DNA of 62,770 nucleotides, filler included, from Bipalium vagum (taxonomy: Eukaryota): NCBI GenBank assembly GCA_037834085.1. It is 3 parts of 3 records of this genome, joined end to end, with 100 filler letters (N's around TTAATTAATTAA, not from the genome) between each part and the next. Parts side by side here need not be neighbours in the genome. Positions count along the whole stretch, not along the records: positions 23,275 to 47,079 come from JBBMKC010206266.1; positions 47,180 to 62,770 come from JBBMKC010157782.1; 1 more part is not named here. The stretch is one strand, 5' to 3'. A program made the translations under genes and the position numbers. The notes beneath the pieces were generated by a model that was not told where the DNA came from, did no database searches, and saw nothing but the letters and a program-made list of their open reading frames with translations. Each line of letters opens with the position of its first letter. The first letter of the stretch is position 1. This document shows positions 41,726 to 53,930 of the stretch, in pieces.

Positions 41726-42280
41726 CTGTAAAAATTGCCCAAACTCTTTCATCAGTGGCGGAGAGTTGGACTCGTTGCCCATGGAACTGCGAGAACTGCT
41801 GTCGGCAGGACTGCTGGATCTTGAGGAAATCATTGATCCGCTTGTGGTCGTTTTACAGGAATTGACCGTTAATTCCTCTTCATCACTGCAATTGCTGACA
41901 AATGCGTTGCACTTGATTTCTTTTGTGTCGATTTCTTGCAACAATTTACAATGGACACAGAGATTGGGAATGAACAGAGATCCGGCTCGAGTTCTTGAAC
42001 ATTCCTCAATGATTTGCTTGTCGACAATTTCCGAGACCACAGAACTGGATCTCAGCTTCAGCTCGGGTCGATAGCTGGCCGATTCGCAAAACTGTTCATC
42101 GATGGCAAATGTTCGACTATTATCGCTATCGGACTGACAGTTACTCCAATGCTTTTCCTGAGATTTCATATTAATTCTGACAGAATCACATTCATCTTGA
42201 GGCAGATTTATCAGGGGCAAATTTATAAGAGATTGATTTGACGATTTGTAATCCATTGTTGATAGAGAAAAATATCGCAT
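41726..42280 (-). CDS. Large exon of Ser-rich orphan gene
   Basis: 200-codon ORF, GC-elevated over the background. Candidate donors at 41744 or 41725; candidate flanking exons at 42577-42686 and 41524-41588. Confidence 0.6.
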
Positions 42281-42576
42281 TCAATAAAAACGGTTTCAGT
42301 GTTTTTCATTAAACGACATCGCTACATTTTGTTTTAATATGTCCATTTCACTGAATTTCATTTCGGTATCACAGATCGAATTGGAAAAATTGCCTTTTTT
42401 ACAATCCCAATGAAAAATGTCCCTGCGAACGGTTATTTATGGTTCAACGTGGAGATTGAGACAGAAATATGTTTAAATATTTAGCTGAATGAGCCGGACA
42501 TAATGAGAATCGATTCTCCATTTCTATTGGATTCTAGGCCTTGTAATATGTATTGAAATTGCCAAATTGGACTCAC

Positions 42577-42686
42577 ATAAGCTTCCATTGGTAAACTGGG
42601 CTCATGTACTTTGAGCTTTGAAAATCTATTGACAATGAAATACTGTTTGCTTGGGGCACATATTCGGTTTTGTTGATTGTTAACAG
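42577..42686 (-). CDS. Putative upstream exon of the same minus-strand gene
   Basis: ttattag| acceptor, strong |gtgagt donor, open frame LLTINKTEYVPQANSISL...YQWKL. Confidence 0.4.
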
Positions 42687-44009
42687 CTAATAATAATATT
42701 AATAACAAATATAATTATTATAATAGAAAATATTTTAAAATAATTGTGTATATATAATAATGATAATAAATAAAAAAGATAACATAATAATAGCAGTAAT
42801 AATAGTAAAACTATTAATAATAAATATAATAAAAAATATTTTAAAAATAATGATAAAAAAGATATAATAAATAAATAAAAAAAGCAATAATGATAATAAT
42901 AAAAATACAAATAGTAAATTTAATAAAAATATAAAATAATAGTAATAATAATATTAACAATAATAAAGTAGGTTATTTACGATTGTTCACAAAATATTGT
43001 TGGATCACATTTTCTGACTAAGATCATCTTAAAAGGTAGTAAAGAATTGTAATTATTTCTATTTCCAACAATTTAGTCAAGCCTCTAAGCTTTTCCCGTT
43101 AATCCTTTTACATATTGTTTTAAACAAACTTACTCTCACACTCTAAGTCGAACTATTGATAAGCCCGTGGTAATTAATTTTTAAAAATTTAATTTCGGTT
43201 ATCGTAAATAAAAAAATATTCGATTAAAATTATCTTTTTAATTGCTTATTCTTTTCAGGGTTTAAATTATCACATTTACATAATTAAAACAAGCACGTTT
43301 TCATTTAAAACAGTTTTCTTTTTGTATGAGAGATAAATAATTATTATCATCAACGTTGTTAATTTATGACTGTATAAAATATCAAGAAAATGATATTAAA
43401 AAAATATTAGAATATCATAAAAAGCTTTATCTTAAAAAATCATTTCCTTTATGAAAGAAACTGTCAGAGAATAATTAATTTATATTATTTACAATTGTGA
43501 ATAAATAGAGAAAAAATCGGAAATTTTTTTTGTAATGTTTGTAATATTATTAAACAATGGAATAAAAAACATGAATGAAACAATTATTTGATTTTATTAG
43601 TTAAAAATAATTCAGAATTTATTCATCAACCCAATAGACTTAATAATAAATCTTTGCGATGTTATACATTTTATTCAATTGAAATTCGAAACAGATTCGG
43701 AATGTTTTGTTTATAAGCTCTAAATTATAATTTTATGTAGATCAATTTAATATAATATATATGAAATCAGAATCCGTTTTATGTTTGTTCTATTTGCTCA
43801 TATCGATACAGAAATCATAAAATTCTCAATATTTTCTGAGTTTCATATTCACTATTATTGCGAAATATTCTGTCCAGGTTCTTCAATCTATAATTAATAT
43901 TTTCATGCTTTCCCCTTATTTAATTCTGATTAATGTAAACAAGAAATATTAATCTTTTATTATTTACCTCAAAATAACCAATTTATGGAGTAGTAATTAT
44001 AATGTATTG

Positions 44010-44064
<55 letters not shown>

Positions 44065-44078
44065 TTATTATTATTATT
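44010..44078. repeat. (TAT)n microsatellite
   Basis: Direct tandem TAT run. Confidence 0.9.
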
Positions 44079-44787
44079 GTTGATGTCGTTCACTACTAAC
44101 TTTTTAAAGACTATTATTAAAATTTAGTCACCTATTGCGAATAAAGGTATTAAAAAATCTTTTTTATTATAATTTTAAATTCTAATAATTTTTGTAAAAA
44201 AAATTTAAATATTTTAGACTGACATGCTACTGATTAAATATTAGTAGTTGTTCCTAAAATAATATTTTTAATTAATTTTTAAAAATTTAATTTATTTTAA
44301 TAAATAATTAGAATAAATAATTTTAAATTAGCAATCATTTTATTAAAATTTTATTTTTCTCAAAAATTGTATTAAAAGAAAATTACAAGAGAGCAGACGA
44401 ACCTCTACATTTATAACAGTATTATAATGTTTTAGATTTCGGTACATAAAACCTCCATTAAATAATCCTTTATGCACTGTAAAATAATCTATTATATGAT
44501 ATACTACTTAAATGATGATGAATTATATTATTACAAAAATATGGTAAGAAAAATATCACTAAATAAATATAAAACCGAAAGTTTCGATTTCCTGTTAAGT
44601 CTTCTTTTTTTTAAAAGCAATTAAACGAACCAGTGAAATCATTAAAACGAACCCCACTCGTATAGTGAGCAGTTGTAGATTTGCGAGCAAAGGTTACTTT
44701 GTTAAGGTATAATAGTAACAATTTTATAAATATGGAATATCAAATAAATATAATATTGTTTTGATTTATTTAATTTTATGAATTTTT

Positions 44788-44910
44788 ATGAATACCGAAT
44801 ATCCCAAATTGGTTTTAATTATTTTACACTTTTTGAATACCGAATACTGAAAACTGAATATTAAATACCAAATATTTTAATACCATAATTCTGAATACGA
44901 ATATGGAATC
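44788..44910. repeat. GAATACC-type short tandem array (probable transposon subterminal repeats)
   Basis: Repeated GAATAC(C)GAATA variants. Confidence 0.45.
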
Positions 44911-45189
44911 AAGTTTGTCGCAATTAGCCACACCACCTTTTAATTGAAACCTTTTTTAAATTTTAATTTTCTTTTCATTGATTTTGCAATGTGTCAAATT
45001 TTTTGTTTTGTAATTTTTATGATTTTATTAATTTCAATTGTAACACATCACCCACCAAATCATCATTTTACTTTTTAAGAATGGATAAAAAATATTTTTT
45101 GAAGTTTGTAATAAAAGTATTTTAAAATATAACAAGAGTAAACATTTAAATAAAAACAACATTTCAAAAATAGAGCTAATAAAAATATT

Positions 45190-46130
45190 AATTAAAGTAC
45201 TAATGAAAAATAAAAGAAAAATATCTAATTTTTTTAATAAATTTACAATAGGAAAATATCCAGGAGAATTATATTTAAAATCTTTAAACCCTTTTATAAA
45301 ATAATTGCTGCGCACTAATTTACCGGACCAAGAACAAATATTAATAAACATTTAGAAAATTATGAACAAATTTTAGAAAATAAATATTCTTCGAATTCCA
45401 AAATCTAATTCCATTTCAATAAACAGAATTGATAAACTTGTAATGAAACATGGTGTAAAATATATTTCAAAAGATTTACAAGATAGATATGCTTCAGATG
45501 TTGAAATGATACATGAAATGAACAATATTCAAAAACCAACATCAAAAGAGAAACTAGAAAGAATAATAATAAAATTAATTATGATAGGATAACTTTTATT
45601 TGGTCAAAGTTTAACAAGAACTGCTAAAAATATTGCAAAAGAAAAACTATTTGAAGGCAAAGAAGAATTACAATTAGAAAATAAAAAACAATTAGCAAAT
45701 GAATTTCATAAAGAGTTTAGAAAACTTAAGCAATTTTTAAAAGTAAAAGTAAATAATATAGATGATATGTGGTCAGGAGTCTTAACATTTGTACTAAGTG
45801 AAAGGAAACATGAAATAACTTGAACATTAATTGATTTAAATACAAGATATGCTTTTGTTATTCCTTTTAAAAACAAAACTTGAAAATCTATAACGGATGC
45901 TTTTTCATACAATATTTGAAGACTACCAAAGGACAATTAAAAAACTTTGGGTTTATAAAGATATTGAATTTTATAATAAAACATTTGAGGATCTTTGTGA
46001 TGATAATGAAATAGAAATTTATGCAACAGAGAATGAAGAGAAAGATGTTGTAATAGAAAGATTTAATAAAACTTTGAAGAATATGATGTTTAAAAAATTT
46101 AAGGAGCCAGGTAACACAAAATTTTTTCTT
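45190..46130 (+). mobile_element. Polinton/adintovirus remnant: PLA2X domain plus retroviral-like integrase
   Basis: INRIDKLVMKHGVKY...LQDRYASDVEM...KPTSKEKLER (parvo-type PLA2 pattern), then EFHKEFRK...IDDMW, IDLNTRYAFVIPFKNK, EFYNKTF, YATENEEKDVVIERFNKTLKNMMFKKF. Confidence 0.85.
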
Positions 46131-46169
46131 TTTCAAATAGAAATTCATGTTACATTGAAGGGTTCTTAA

Positions 46170-46950
46170 CTATTCACTCATAAAATTATGAATTTGGTAA
46201 TTGACACCCTATATCAATAGTTATAATCCTAATTCATTATTTTTGAGAATTATATTGATATTAATATCTGTTCTTTAAAACACACAATTATTTTGTAAAT
46301 CTAACTGCACCATTAAATTTTTCATTAATAATTTCGAATAAATTATTTAATAAAAATCAAAAGAGAGTTTCCAAAATAAACTGAAATTCTTTTAAAGAAA
46401 AAATACGGTTTTTTCAACCTTTACGGAATGTTTGGGATCATACTATCTCCATCTCATCTAGAAAATACACTAATTCCTGGTTCAGCAATAAATAGGAAAT
46501 ATAAACTTCTCAATGCAATATTCTTTCCATATTTATGACTTAAATGAGAGAACTTAATCAATCTCAATGTTAAAAGGTAAACATTCCAATTTTGCTTTAT
46601 TTTCAAATTAACGGAATATGTCCAATCATGGTGAGTTTGACATCAACAATTTTTTTCAAATTATTTTGCGTTAAGTAAACTAAGATGCTATGGAAACTTT
46701 GATGAGGAAAATGGTACAAGATCATCGTATCACATTGGACAGATAAATCCCTTTTTTCAACTTATTTTATGTTTTCAATAAATTTCAGTACTCAAACAAC
46801 CATGATTTTAGTCCACATTTTGATATGTCCAAATATCTCAGTTCACATTTAAATTTTTCTTTACTAAAACCAACTATACCCTTTGAAGACCATATACTTC
46901 TTGAGAATTTACAAGTTTTTCTCTTATTAGACACTGTGGTATTCTCACAT
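46170..46950 (-). mobile_element. Highly decayed Tc1-like element
   Basis: DPKHS(V)K motif near 46440 resembling QDNDPKHTSK; little else legible. Confidence 0.3.
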
Positions 46951-47025
46951 TATGTGATATTAAATATATTTCAGAATTATTCGCAGTTATTTGAATAAAT
47001 AAAATTGTTACTAATATGCGGAAAC

Positions 47026-47079
47026 TGTAGCAACGTGTGCTCGTCGGCCTTTGACTCCTCACTTTGTGTACTCGTTGTG
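47026..47079. repeat. LTR-like terminus cut by the scaffold end
   Basis: TGTAGCAACG...GACTCCTCACTTT...TCGTTGTG aligns with 51571-51625. Confidence 0.55.
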
Positions 47080-47179
47080 NNNNNNNNNNNNNNNNNNNNN
47101 NNNNNNNNNNNNNNNNNNNNNNNTTAATTAATTAANNNNNNNNNNNNNNNNNNNNNNNNNNNNNNNNNNNNNNNNNNNN
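47080..47179. other. Artificial scaffold spacer 44N-TTAATTAATTAA-44N
   Basis: Identical structure to 23175-23274. Confidence 0.95.
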
Positions 47180-50074
47180 TATTTAATTATTTAAATTATT
47201 ATTCAATTATTAGTAATTTCATCTTAATCGGTCAGGATTGTTTACAAACGAATACAAAATACACATATATATTAGATTTAACACATACACATACGAAATT
47301 AGTTTTTCATGCACAATGATCAGAAAAGTTTTAGTTAAAAAATCAAAATGAAAGTTATAAATCGATATTGGCTGATCCACTTGGCTTCGGGTCGATATTG
47401 GCTGATCCTGATGATTTTGGTTTTGCCACAGTATTTGGACGCAGTCTAAATTATATAATTTATAATTTCTATAATTTTTCTAAAATTATAAAAAATAATA
47501 AAAATAATTACTTAAAATAAAAAAATGATATTAAATTTAAATTAAATAGTCTCAATAAAAATATTTATAGAATATTTAAATTACTAAAAATATAAAAAAT
47601 AAAAAATTTAGTATAAATATAAAACATTTATACAAACGAAGGACGACAACAATAAAGAGGAGAATTTAGTCAGAAATATAATTAGAAAAGTCAGAATAAT
47701 CTGGTATCAAATTTCCAGCATTGTCAAAAGAGATCATATTGGTATCAAATAAAAAATTAATTTGAATACGGAACTATCAGATCTGACAGATCGCCTAGAG
47801 TTACCAGAAGATCCAATATATAAAGTAGCAACAATGCAACCAACAAAAAGGAAAACCAAAAATAAAAAGTTAGTAAATCAATAATTAAATTAAATAACCA
47901 GTCGAGATAGACGGATAGATCCCCGAATACTTTCGAAGCATCAAATAAATTTTTCTTTTTTGTTCCTCCAATATTTATTTTCTTTGCCTTTTCAACGTCA
48001 AGTAGGGCGGAGAAGCGCTTTTTACTTTTGAGGGCTATTGAGGCTAGATTTAGCGAAGAGCATAAACATTATTCTGATCACTCTCCGGGATTTATTAGCA
48101 AACTATTATTTGTTCAACAAAGTATTTAAAGTTTTTAATCGATATTTAAATAAAGTTTTTAAATTTATATAAAAGATTGTTTTATTGTGTCTTAGTGATT
48201 AAATTTTTATTAGTTGAAAGTCACATTTACGTTTTGATTCATATTATTTCGCACGCAAATTACAGTTACCCAGTCGATTTTCAAGAAATAACATATACAA
48301 TCGCAACCTTTCATATATACCGAGCGTGACACTCTCTAAATCCCTCTGATCAAATTTGAAATAAACGAGCCGCCATAAGTTTTGGAGAAATCTCGAGAAT
48401 CCAAGTTAATTAAAACTTAATAAATCCAAACCTCCAAGAACTTAACAGACGGATTGATCCTGGAAAAGGGTAGATTGTCCCTTATTTAGTTTCTTTTGGT
48501 ATTGTTGAAATTCCTTTGATATATGTTCCATCGTTACTGATCTTCCTGGGGAAATGGTTTCGACTGCTATTATAAACATATACCTAAAGTCGTATTCAAT
48601 CAATATTCACCATGACATAAACTAATGCTATTCAGATCGTCTGCCAATCGGTTCAACTAATGAGTGAGCTTCTATGTCTGCTCTGCTTAGAATTTAGAAC
48701 ATTTTATATTCGTGCACGAACGTAAATTTTTTTGTTCTCTGTGACTTTGAATTGGAAAATATGAACTGATCAACGAGGTTTATGTGAGTAGATTGATATG
48801 GTTGTCCGTGAGTACAGTAGATTGCATTTTGCTTCAAGGAGAGCATTGCTCTGTATACTTGTGAGCTTCTAGTACCAATGTTCTTTGTTTTAAAGTTACT
48901 CAACCCATGAATTTACCTTGCTCAAAAATCTCAAAGTAATGATATTTTTTTGGATGCCTCATAATGTAAATTTGAGTCTTATTTAACTAAACTGAAGTGA
49001 TGATTGAAATCACTATTTTTGTTTGATTTAATCACAACAATTACTGATCATATAATGAGTGATTTAAAAAATCAATCAATCAGGTTTATTCAATTGATAA
49101 CTGCTTAATTGAGAAAGTTTACCCGAAAAGGGTATAATTGTGAATAGCAGATAAGCTGTCAGTGAGAAAGTTTTAACATTGATTAATGGATAGTCCATAA
49201 TAAACGCGGTGACAAAGTAGTGAGAGCAGAAATGCAGTGGTTTACTGAAATTGTCAAAAGTAAACAAATATTCAATTCCAATTAAAATCTCGACTATTTC
49301 GTTTCTTCCTAATTTCTGAGATCGGGAAGTTGTGAATCTCTGAAATCATTGAGACGTTTTACCATTTGACATTTAATTCCTTTTGTTTGTTTTCATTGAT
49401 GGTTTATTGATTTTCATTTTATTATAAATCAATTATATATCGACTTTATTTTTCTATAAATATTCGTTTAAAAAAATATATATGATGAAGGAAAATGGCT
49501 TTTTATACTTTTTATAACTGATATTTTGGCGTTATGATAACGTTGTTCACAATATTCTATCAAAATTTTCCATTTATTATTTACTCTTCCTGTTAACTGT
49601 GTTTTTCTACTCTCTTATTTTGGATTTCACAAATAATCCATAAATTCGAGAATCGTCAAAAAGGTGATTATCGCGACACATACCAGACAAACTTTAAAAG
49701 TATATTTTGCTTAAATACCCCACCAGAGGGCTATCTCTGAGCAACTGTAAAGACTCAGCTAATAGTCCGGGAAGCCATGGGAGCTAACCTGTAAGATCGT
49801 TAAATTTCTATTTTTTATTATCCTAATTATTTTGTGTGAGTATTTAAGCTGATTTCTAATTTTTAAATATTTTTATATTGTGCATAATTTTAATTTTTAA
49901 TTTTGTAAATTTAATTTTAATATTTATTTTAAAATAATTTTTATTTTTATTTTTAATGGCACAATATATTAATTTATTAAGAGTGGAAAAATTTTTTAAG
50001 TATTGTTGTTTTAAAAAGCCTTTTCAAAAATATATTATTCAAAATGACTGCCTTTGTTGATATCGCAGCTAACA

Positions 50075-50089
50075 TGGCGACCACACCAG
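50075..50089 (+). promoter_or_regulatory. Primer-binding site (tRNA-Arg-like)
   Basis: ..AACA|TGGCGACCACACCAG, complementary to a tRNA 3' end ...CUGGUGUGGUCGCCA. Confidence 0.55.
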
Positions 50090-51570
50090 AGAATTCTTAG
50101 CCGAATCACTCATGCCTGACTTATTTCGAAGATATAAGTGAGAGAAACAGAGGAAAGGAATATAGAAGAAATAATGGATTTCAGAGAAATATGAACTAGA
50201 TATCAGAAGAAACGGTGGAGGCATTTTCAACATTAGAAGACAGAGAAAGACTGTATGGAAATGGAGAAAGACAAGCACTCGTATTACGAACACCTAAAAC
50301 GGTAGCTAACCCTAACTTTAAAATTTCTGCAGAAAGCACGAAAAACGAAAATGAATATCAAAGGAAACCTAATGATGATTTGTGAAATAGGAGCATTTAG
50401 AGGAGACAGCAGTAGGAATAGAAACATGGAGATGAAGCAAAATGAGACTAATGAGCAAATCGTAAAGAAATTGTTTAATTGTCAGAAGGCAGGGCATTTA
50501 ACAAACCAATATCGAGCAAGGGACTCAGAATTTGGTCCAGGTCCGGGTAGGGATCAGTGGATGAATACAGATATGTTTTGTAGAAACTGTAATGAAACAG
50601 GTGATTTCGCAAAAGAATAAAATAAAATTTTTTAGGTATTGCAGCAAAAGAAGAGATTTGGTAGAAACTTATTGGGCAAAGAATTCAACTTAAAAGCTAT
50701 GTAAACATCGATGGAAAAGTACAATGCTTTAAATGTAAGCAGTATGGAAATGTGGCGAAATTTTGTCTTAATGAAAAGAGGTCACCAAAAAAGGTTTAAA
50801 GATTGGCATTCGGTAATGCAAAAAATAAACATGGTAAGAGATATGGAAGACTATGAGAAAATAGAAAAATTGAGGTCAGAAAACGGAGAGTTATGGCGGC
50901 AGTTGTCCAGCGTAATTGGTCACGAAACAATATCAATGATCCAATCACAGGAAAATGAAATTAAGATATTAATTAGAAACGATTCACTGGAAGAAAAAAT
51001 ATATGTTAAGTGGAACGTAATAATGGGATTAGTGGTATTGGATCAAGAAGAATATAATAAACTTCCAGAGGTATTAGAACGGGAATTCGCAAGGAGCCCA
51101 AGAAAAAATGATAGAATTATAGATTTGTTAAGTTAGGTAGCGGAGCTAGCAGTAACTCCAATAATGCTTGGAAGAGTAATCAAAGTAATAAAACCATACA
51201 TAAGAGAGCTTGGTGTTCACCAGGTTGAGCTTAAGATCCGTGATCCGTATTTACGGAAGATATATAAGATTAAGAGGAATCGGTCAGTGACCAATAAAAA
51301 TCAAATTAAAACTCAAATGGAAGAAATGTCAAAACCGGAAAAACTAAGACCACCGCAAGCAAGACCCAGAAGTAATCCAGTTGGAAGACCAAGGAAGGAT
51401 TCAAATACAAAGTCCTCAGGAATTAACAGAGAAACTAAAGAATTTTACGAAGAGAATTTTTACGGAAAATTAGCCGATCGTTACAGGAAACAGCCTGAGG
51501 AAAAAGCTTATGATGAGAGAGAGTGTCCTGGGTGGTTACATATTTGGATTATGTTGCTATTTTACCTAGA

Positions 51571-52463
51571 CGTGGTAACGCGTGGTCGTGTGCTCGTGAC
51601 TCCTCACTTTTCTAAATCGTTGTGTTCGTAACTTCTTTCAGTATTTTCGAATTTAAAACACCCACCACTATACTGTATCCGCACCCGTAAGAACTAATTC
51701 AAAATAAAACTTTATTTGCTCTAACACAACAATTACAATTTCTAATTCAAGTCAAATTCAAACCAAAACTTTATCAAGAGTAAAATAAAATCAAATTCAA
51801 TGATTACGTTAATGCTAAAATCGAATCAATAATTGATAATAATAATTTAATAACAAAATCGAGAATGAAACAAAAATTAATAAATCGGTCTCACCAAGAG
51901 TGACAAGGGGTTCCCGGGTCACCCTCTAGGCCCTTCTCAGGTCGCTTAGAGGTTCCCAAGCCCGCTGGGTCTCCTTGTAGAAATCCGGCTGCATCATTAA
52001 AAAAAAAATCTGTCTACATAGGAAATTACCAAGATCGTCCTCGGCCGGTACCCCGGTCTCGTCTTCTTCGGAAGTAATCTGGTTAGCGCTGTGGTTTAAA
52101 ATCTTCTTCGAGTAGTCTTCGTCGCAAATAACCATTTTCTCTTGTTTTGTTAAATTATGGAGGCTCTGCCACTAACGGGAATAGCCGTCTCCTTTTATAG
52201 TCGTAGAGCTTGGTCTACGATCACCAATCTCTACGCTTTGAGACGGCTATTTTCTCTAATAGCAACTCACTTCCTGTCAGGAAATCCATTAGCCTGATCT
52301 CATGAAAAATCCCCTCGGCGGAATTTTGCCATTGAGAAAAATTTTACTAAAAATTTTTTTAAAATCTTATTATTATTATTATTAATTAAAAATTATTATT
52401 ATTATTATTCAAAGATTATTATTATTATTATTCTTCAAAAATTATTATTATTATTATTCAAAA

Positions 52464-52496
<33 letters not shown>

Positions 52497-52540
52497 TAAA
52501 AATTCCTATGATTATTATTATTATTGTTATCATGTTTCAA
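51571..52540 (-). mobile_element. Nested solo-LTR-like insertion
   Basis: Abrupt change in composition; imperfect inverted termini (GTGGTAAC..GTTATCAT); minus-strand TATAAAA near 52195 and AATAAA near 51714; homologous terminus at 47026; no clear TSD. Confidence 0.55.
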
Positions 52541-52542
52541 AA

Positions 52543-53368
52543 CCCAACATTTATATGGTACAACTACGAGAGTTTGAGGGAGTATTCAACGTAATCACAG
52601 GGAAAATGTTATCACATTCCTTTTCTAACTTCAAGGATAACAGAAAAAGAAGAAAAGGAGAAAACGCCTATTGTCTTATGATCACAGATAAAAATGAAGG
52701 GATAAGATTTGTTAGAAGAAAAAGAATCCTAAAATATAATACAGAAGTTTACTCCTCAAACCATAAGGTGATATTTATCACCTATCATGAAACAGTCGGA
52801 GAAAAAAGGGTGAGTAAAACGGATGTGTAACTAGCGGATTATACAAATACAAAATATAATTTTGTATATCACATGTTACAACAGGCCATGAGGGAAATGT
52901 ATCATGAGGTTGTAGGGAATGACTGAGGTCTAAATCGGGAGTTGTTATGAACTCGATTTGCTACCCAGCTCGGTGTTTTTACCAGAATGATGGGAGAGGT
53001 GATCTACAGCTACAAGTGTGCAATAGTAAACGTGCAACTGAGGAGAACGGATGAATGCACCAATGACCTATGAGTGATATGGGAAAATGAAGAAGATTGT
53101 GTATTATGAGTCACACAAATCTAGTTAGAAAAAGAAGCAAAACCAAAAAATATTGGAATGTTGAGCAGCAATGTCATCCATATACAAAATAACTCATGAT
53201 ATATGGATCACCCTTTTCGATCGTAAAGAAACAAGCAAGGTGGAGTATTTAGAATTTTTGAAAATCGAGAGTGGACTAAATTTTGAGATTTTGGTTTCAG
53301 GGGGAATATATACAACTCAGGATATTGAGAAAGCTAGAAGGAATATGATGTTCCCAGAAAGAATGTAA
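52543..53368 (+). pseudogene. Chuvirus/herpes-gB-like (class III) envelope glycoprotein remnant
   Basis: YTNTKYNFVYHMLQQAMREMY, GVFTRMMGEVIYSYKCAIVNVQLRRTDECTNDL*V and LVSGGIYTTQDIEKARRNMMFPE follow the order of remembered chuvirus G motifs (YVNSKF.YVE, GEV.Y...C..V.V..R...CY..LPV, LA.SGIY...D...R..IMFP.E). Confidence 0.75.
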
Positions 53369-53389
53369 AGAAAAAAAAAGAATGAAAAA

Positions 53390-53930
53390 ACAAAAAGATG
53401 TTCTTTAGCTAGAAACTATACGACAAGCATCAAAATAAACTGCTGCACCTTTTCGAATCAGGGACACATTAGCAGCCGTTAGCGATGATTCCCAAAGGGG
53501 CATTCGGTGCAAAGAAGAAGAGTGGAAATTCATGAAGAAAGACTTTACTGATGTGAGGATTCTGATGAGGTGGGATTATTAAAAAATGCAATTCACCTTG
53601 GAACACACCGTTGATTTGCGTATGGAAGAAGAAGAAGAAAGATATCGGAATAAGTCTATATTTTTGGTAGTTAAATGCAGTCACGGAATGTAGATGAGAT
53701 GTTGGATGCTTTAAGTAGGCAAAGTATTTCAGTTCCATTGATTCAGGTAATGCCTAATATCAAGTGGAATTAGAGGAGTCATCAAAGATAAAGAAGGGTA
53801 TTTCTACCAAGGAAGTACAGTACTGTTTTAAAAGGATGCTCTTTGGAATAGCGGCAGCCAGGGAACCTTTCTGGAGATAATGTCGACAGTCATCGGTTGT
53901 ATAAAAGGAGCAATGGTCCAATACGTTATT
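53390..53930 (+). pseudogene. Ty3/Gypsy reverse transcriptase N-terminal fragment
   Basis: GIIKKCNSPWNTPLICVWKK, LNAVT, DEMLDAL, AKYFSSID, YCFKRMLFGIAAA; stops before YxDD. Confidence 0.85.

Larger units (their letters stand above)
49591..53930 (+). mobile_element. Decayed env-bearing Ty3/Gypsy-type LTR retroelement
   Basis: Candidate LTR TGTTA..TAACA (49591-50074), PBS at 50075, gag with four CCHC-knuckle remnants (50470-50770), integrase C-terminal-like segment, glycoprotein, and a Gypsy RT fragment. Confidence 0.75.

Noticed and set aside
42680-42910. Hydrophobic Y/L/I-rich ORF (likewise 27593-27799, 45034-45351, 40511-40951)
   Set aside because: Translation of AT-rich low-complexity DNA, or antisense of transposon/Polinton sequence.
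47363-47408. Two copies of TCGATATTGGCTGATCC with a short spacer (CRISPR-like look)
   Set aside because: Only two units, eukaryotic context, no cas genes.
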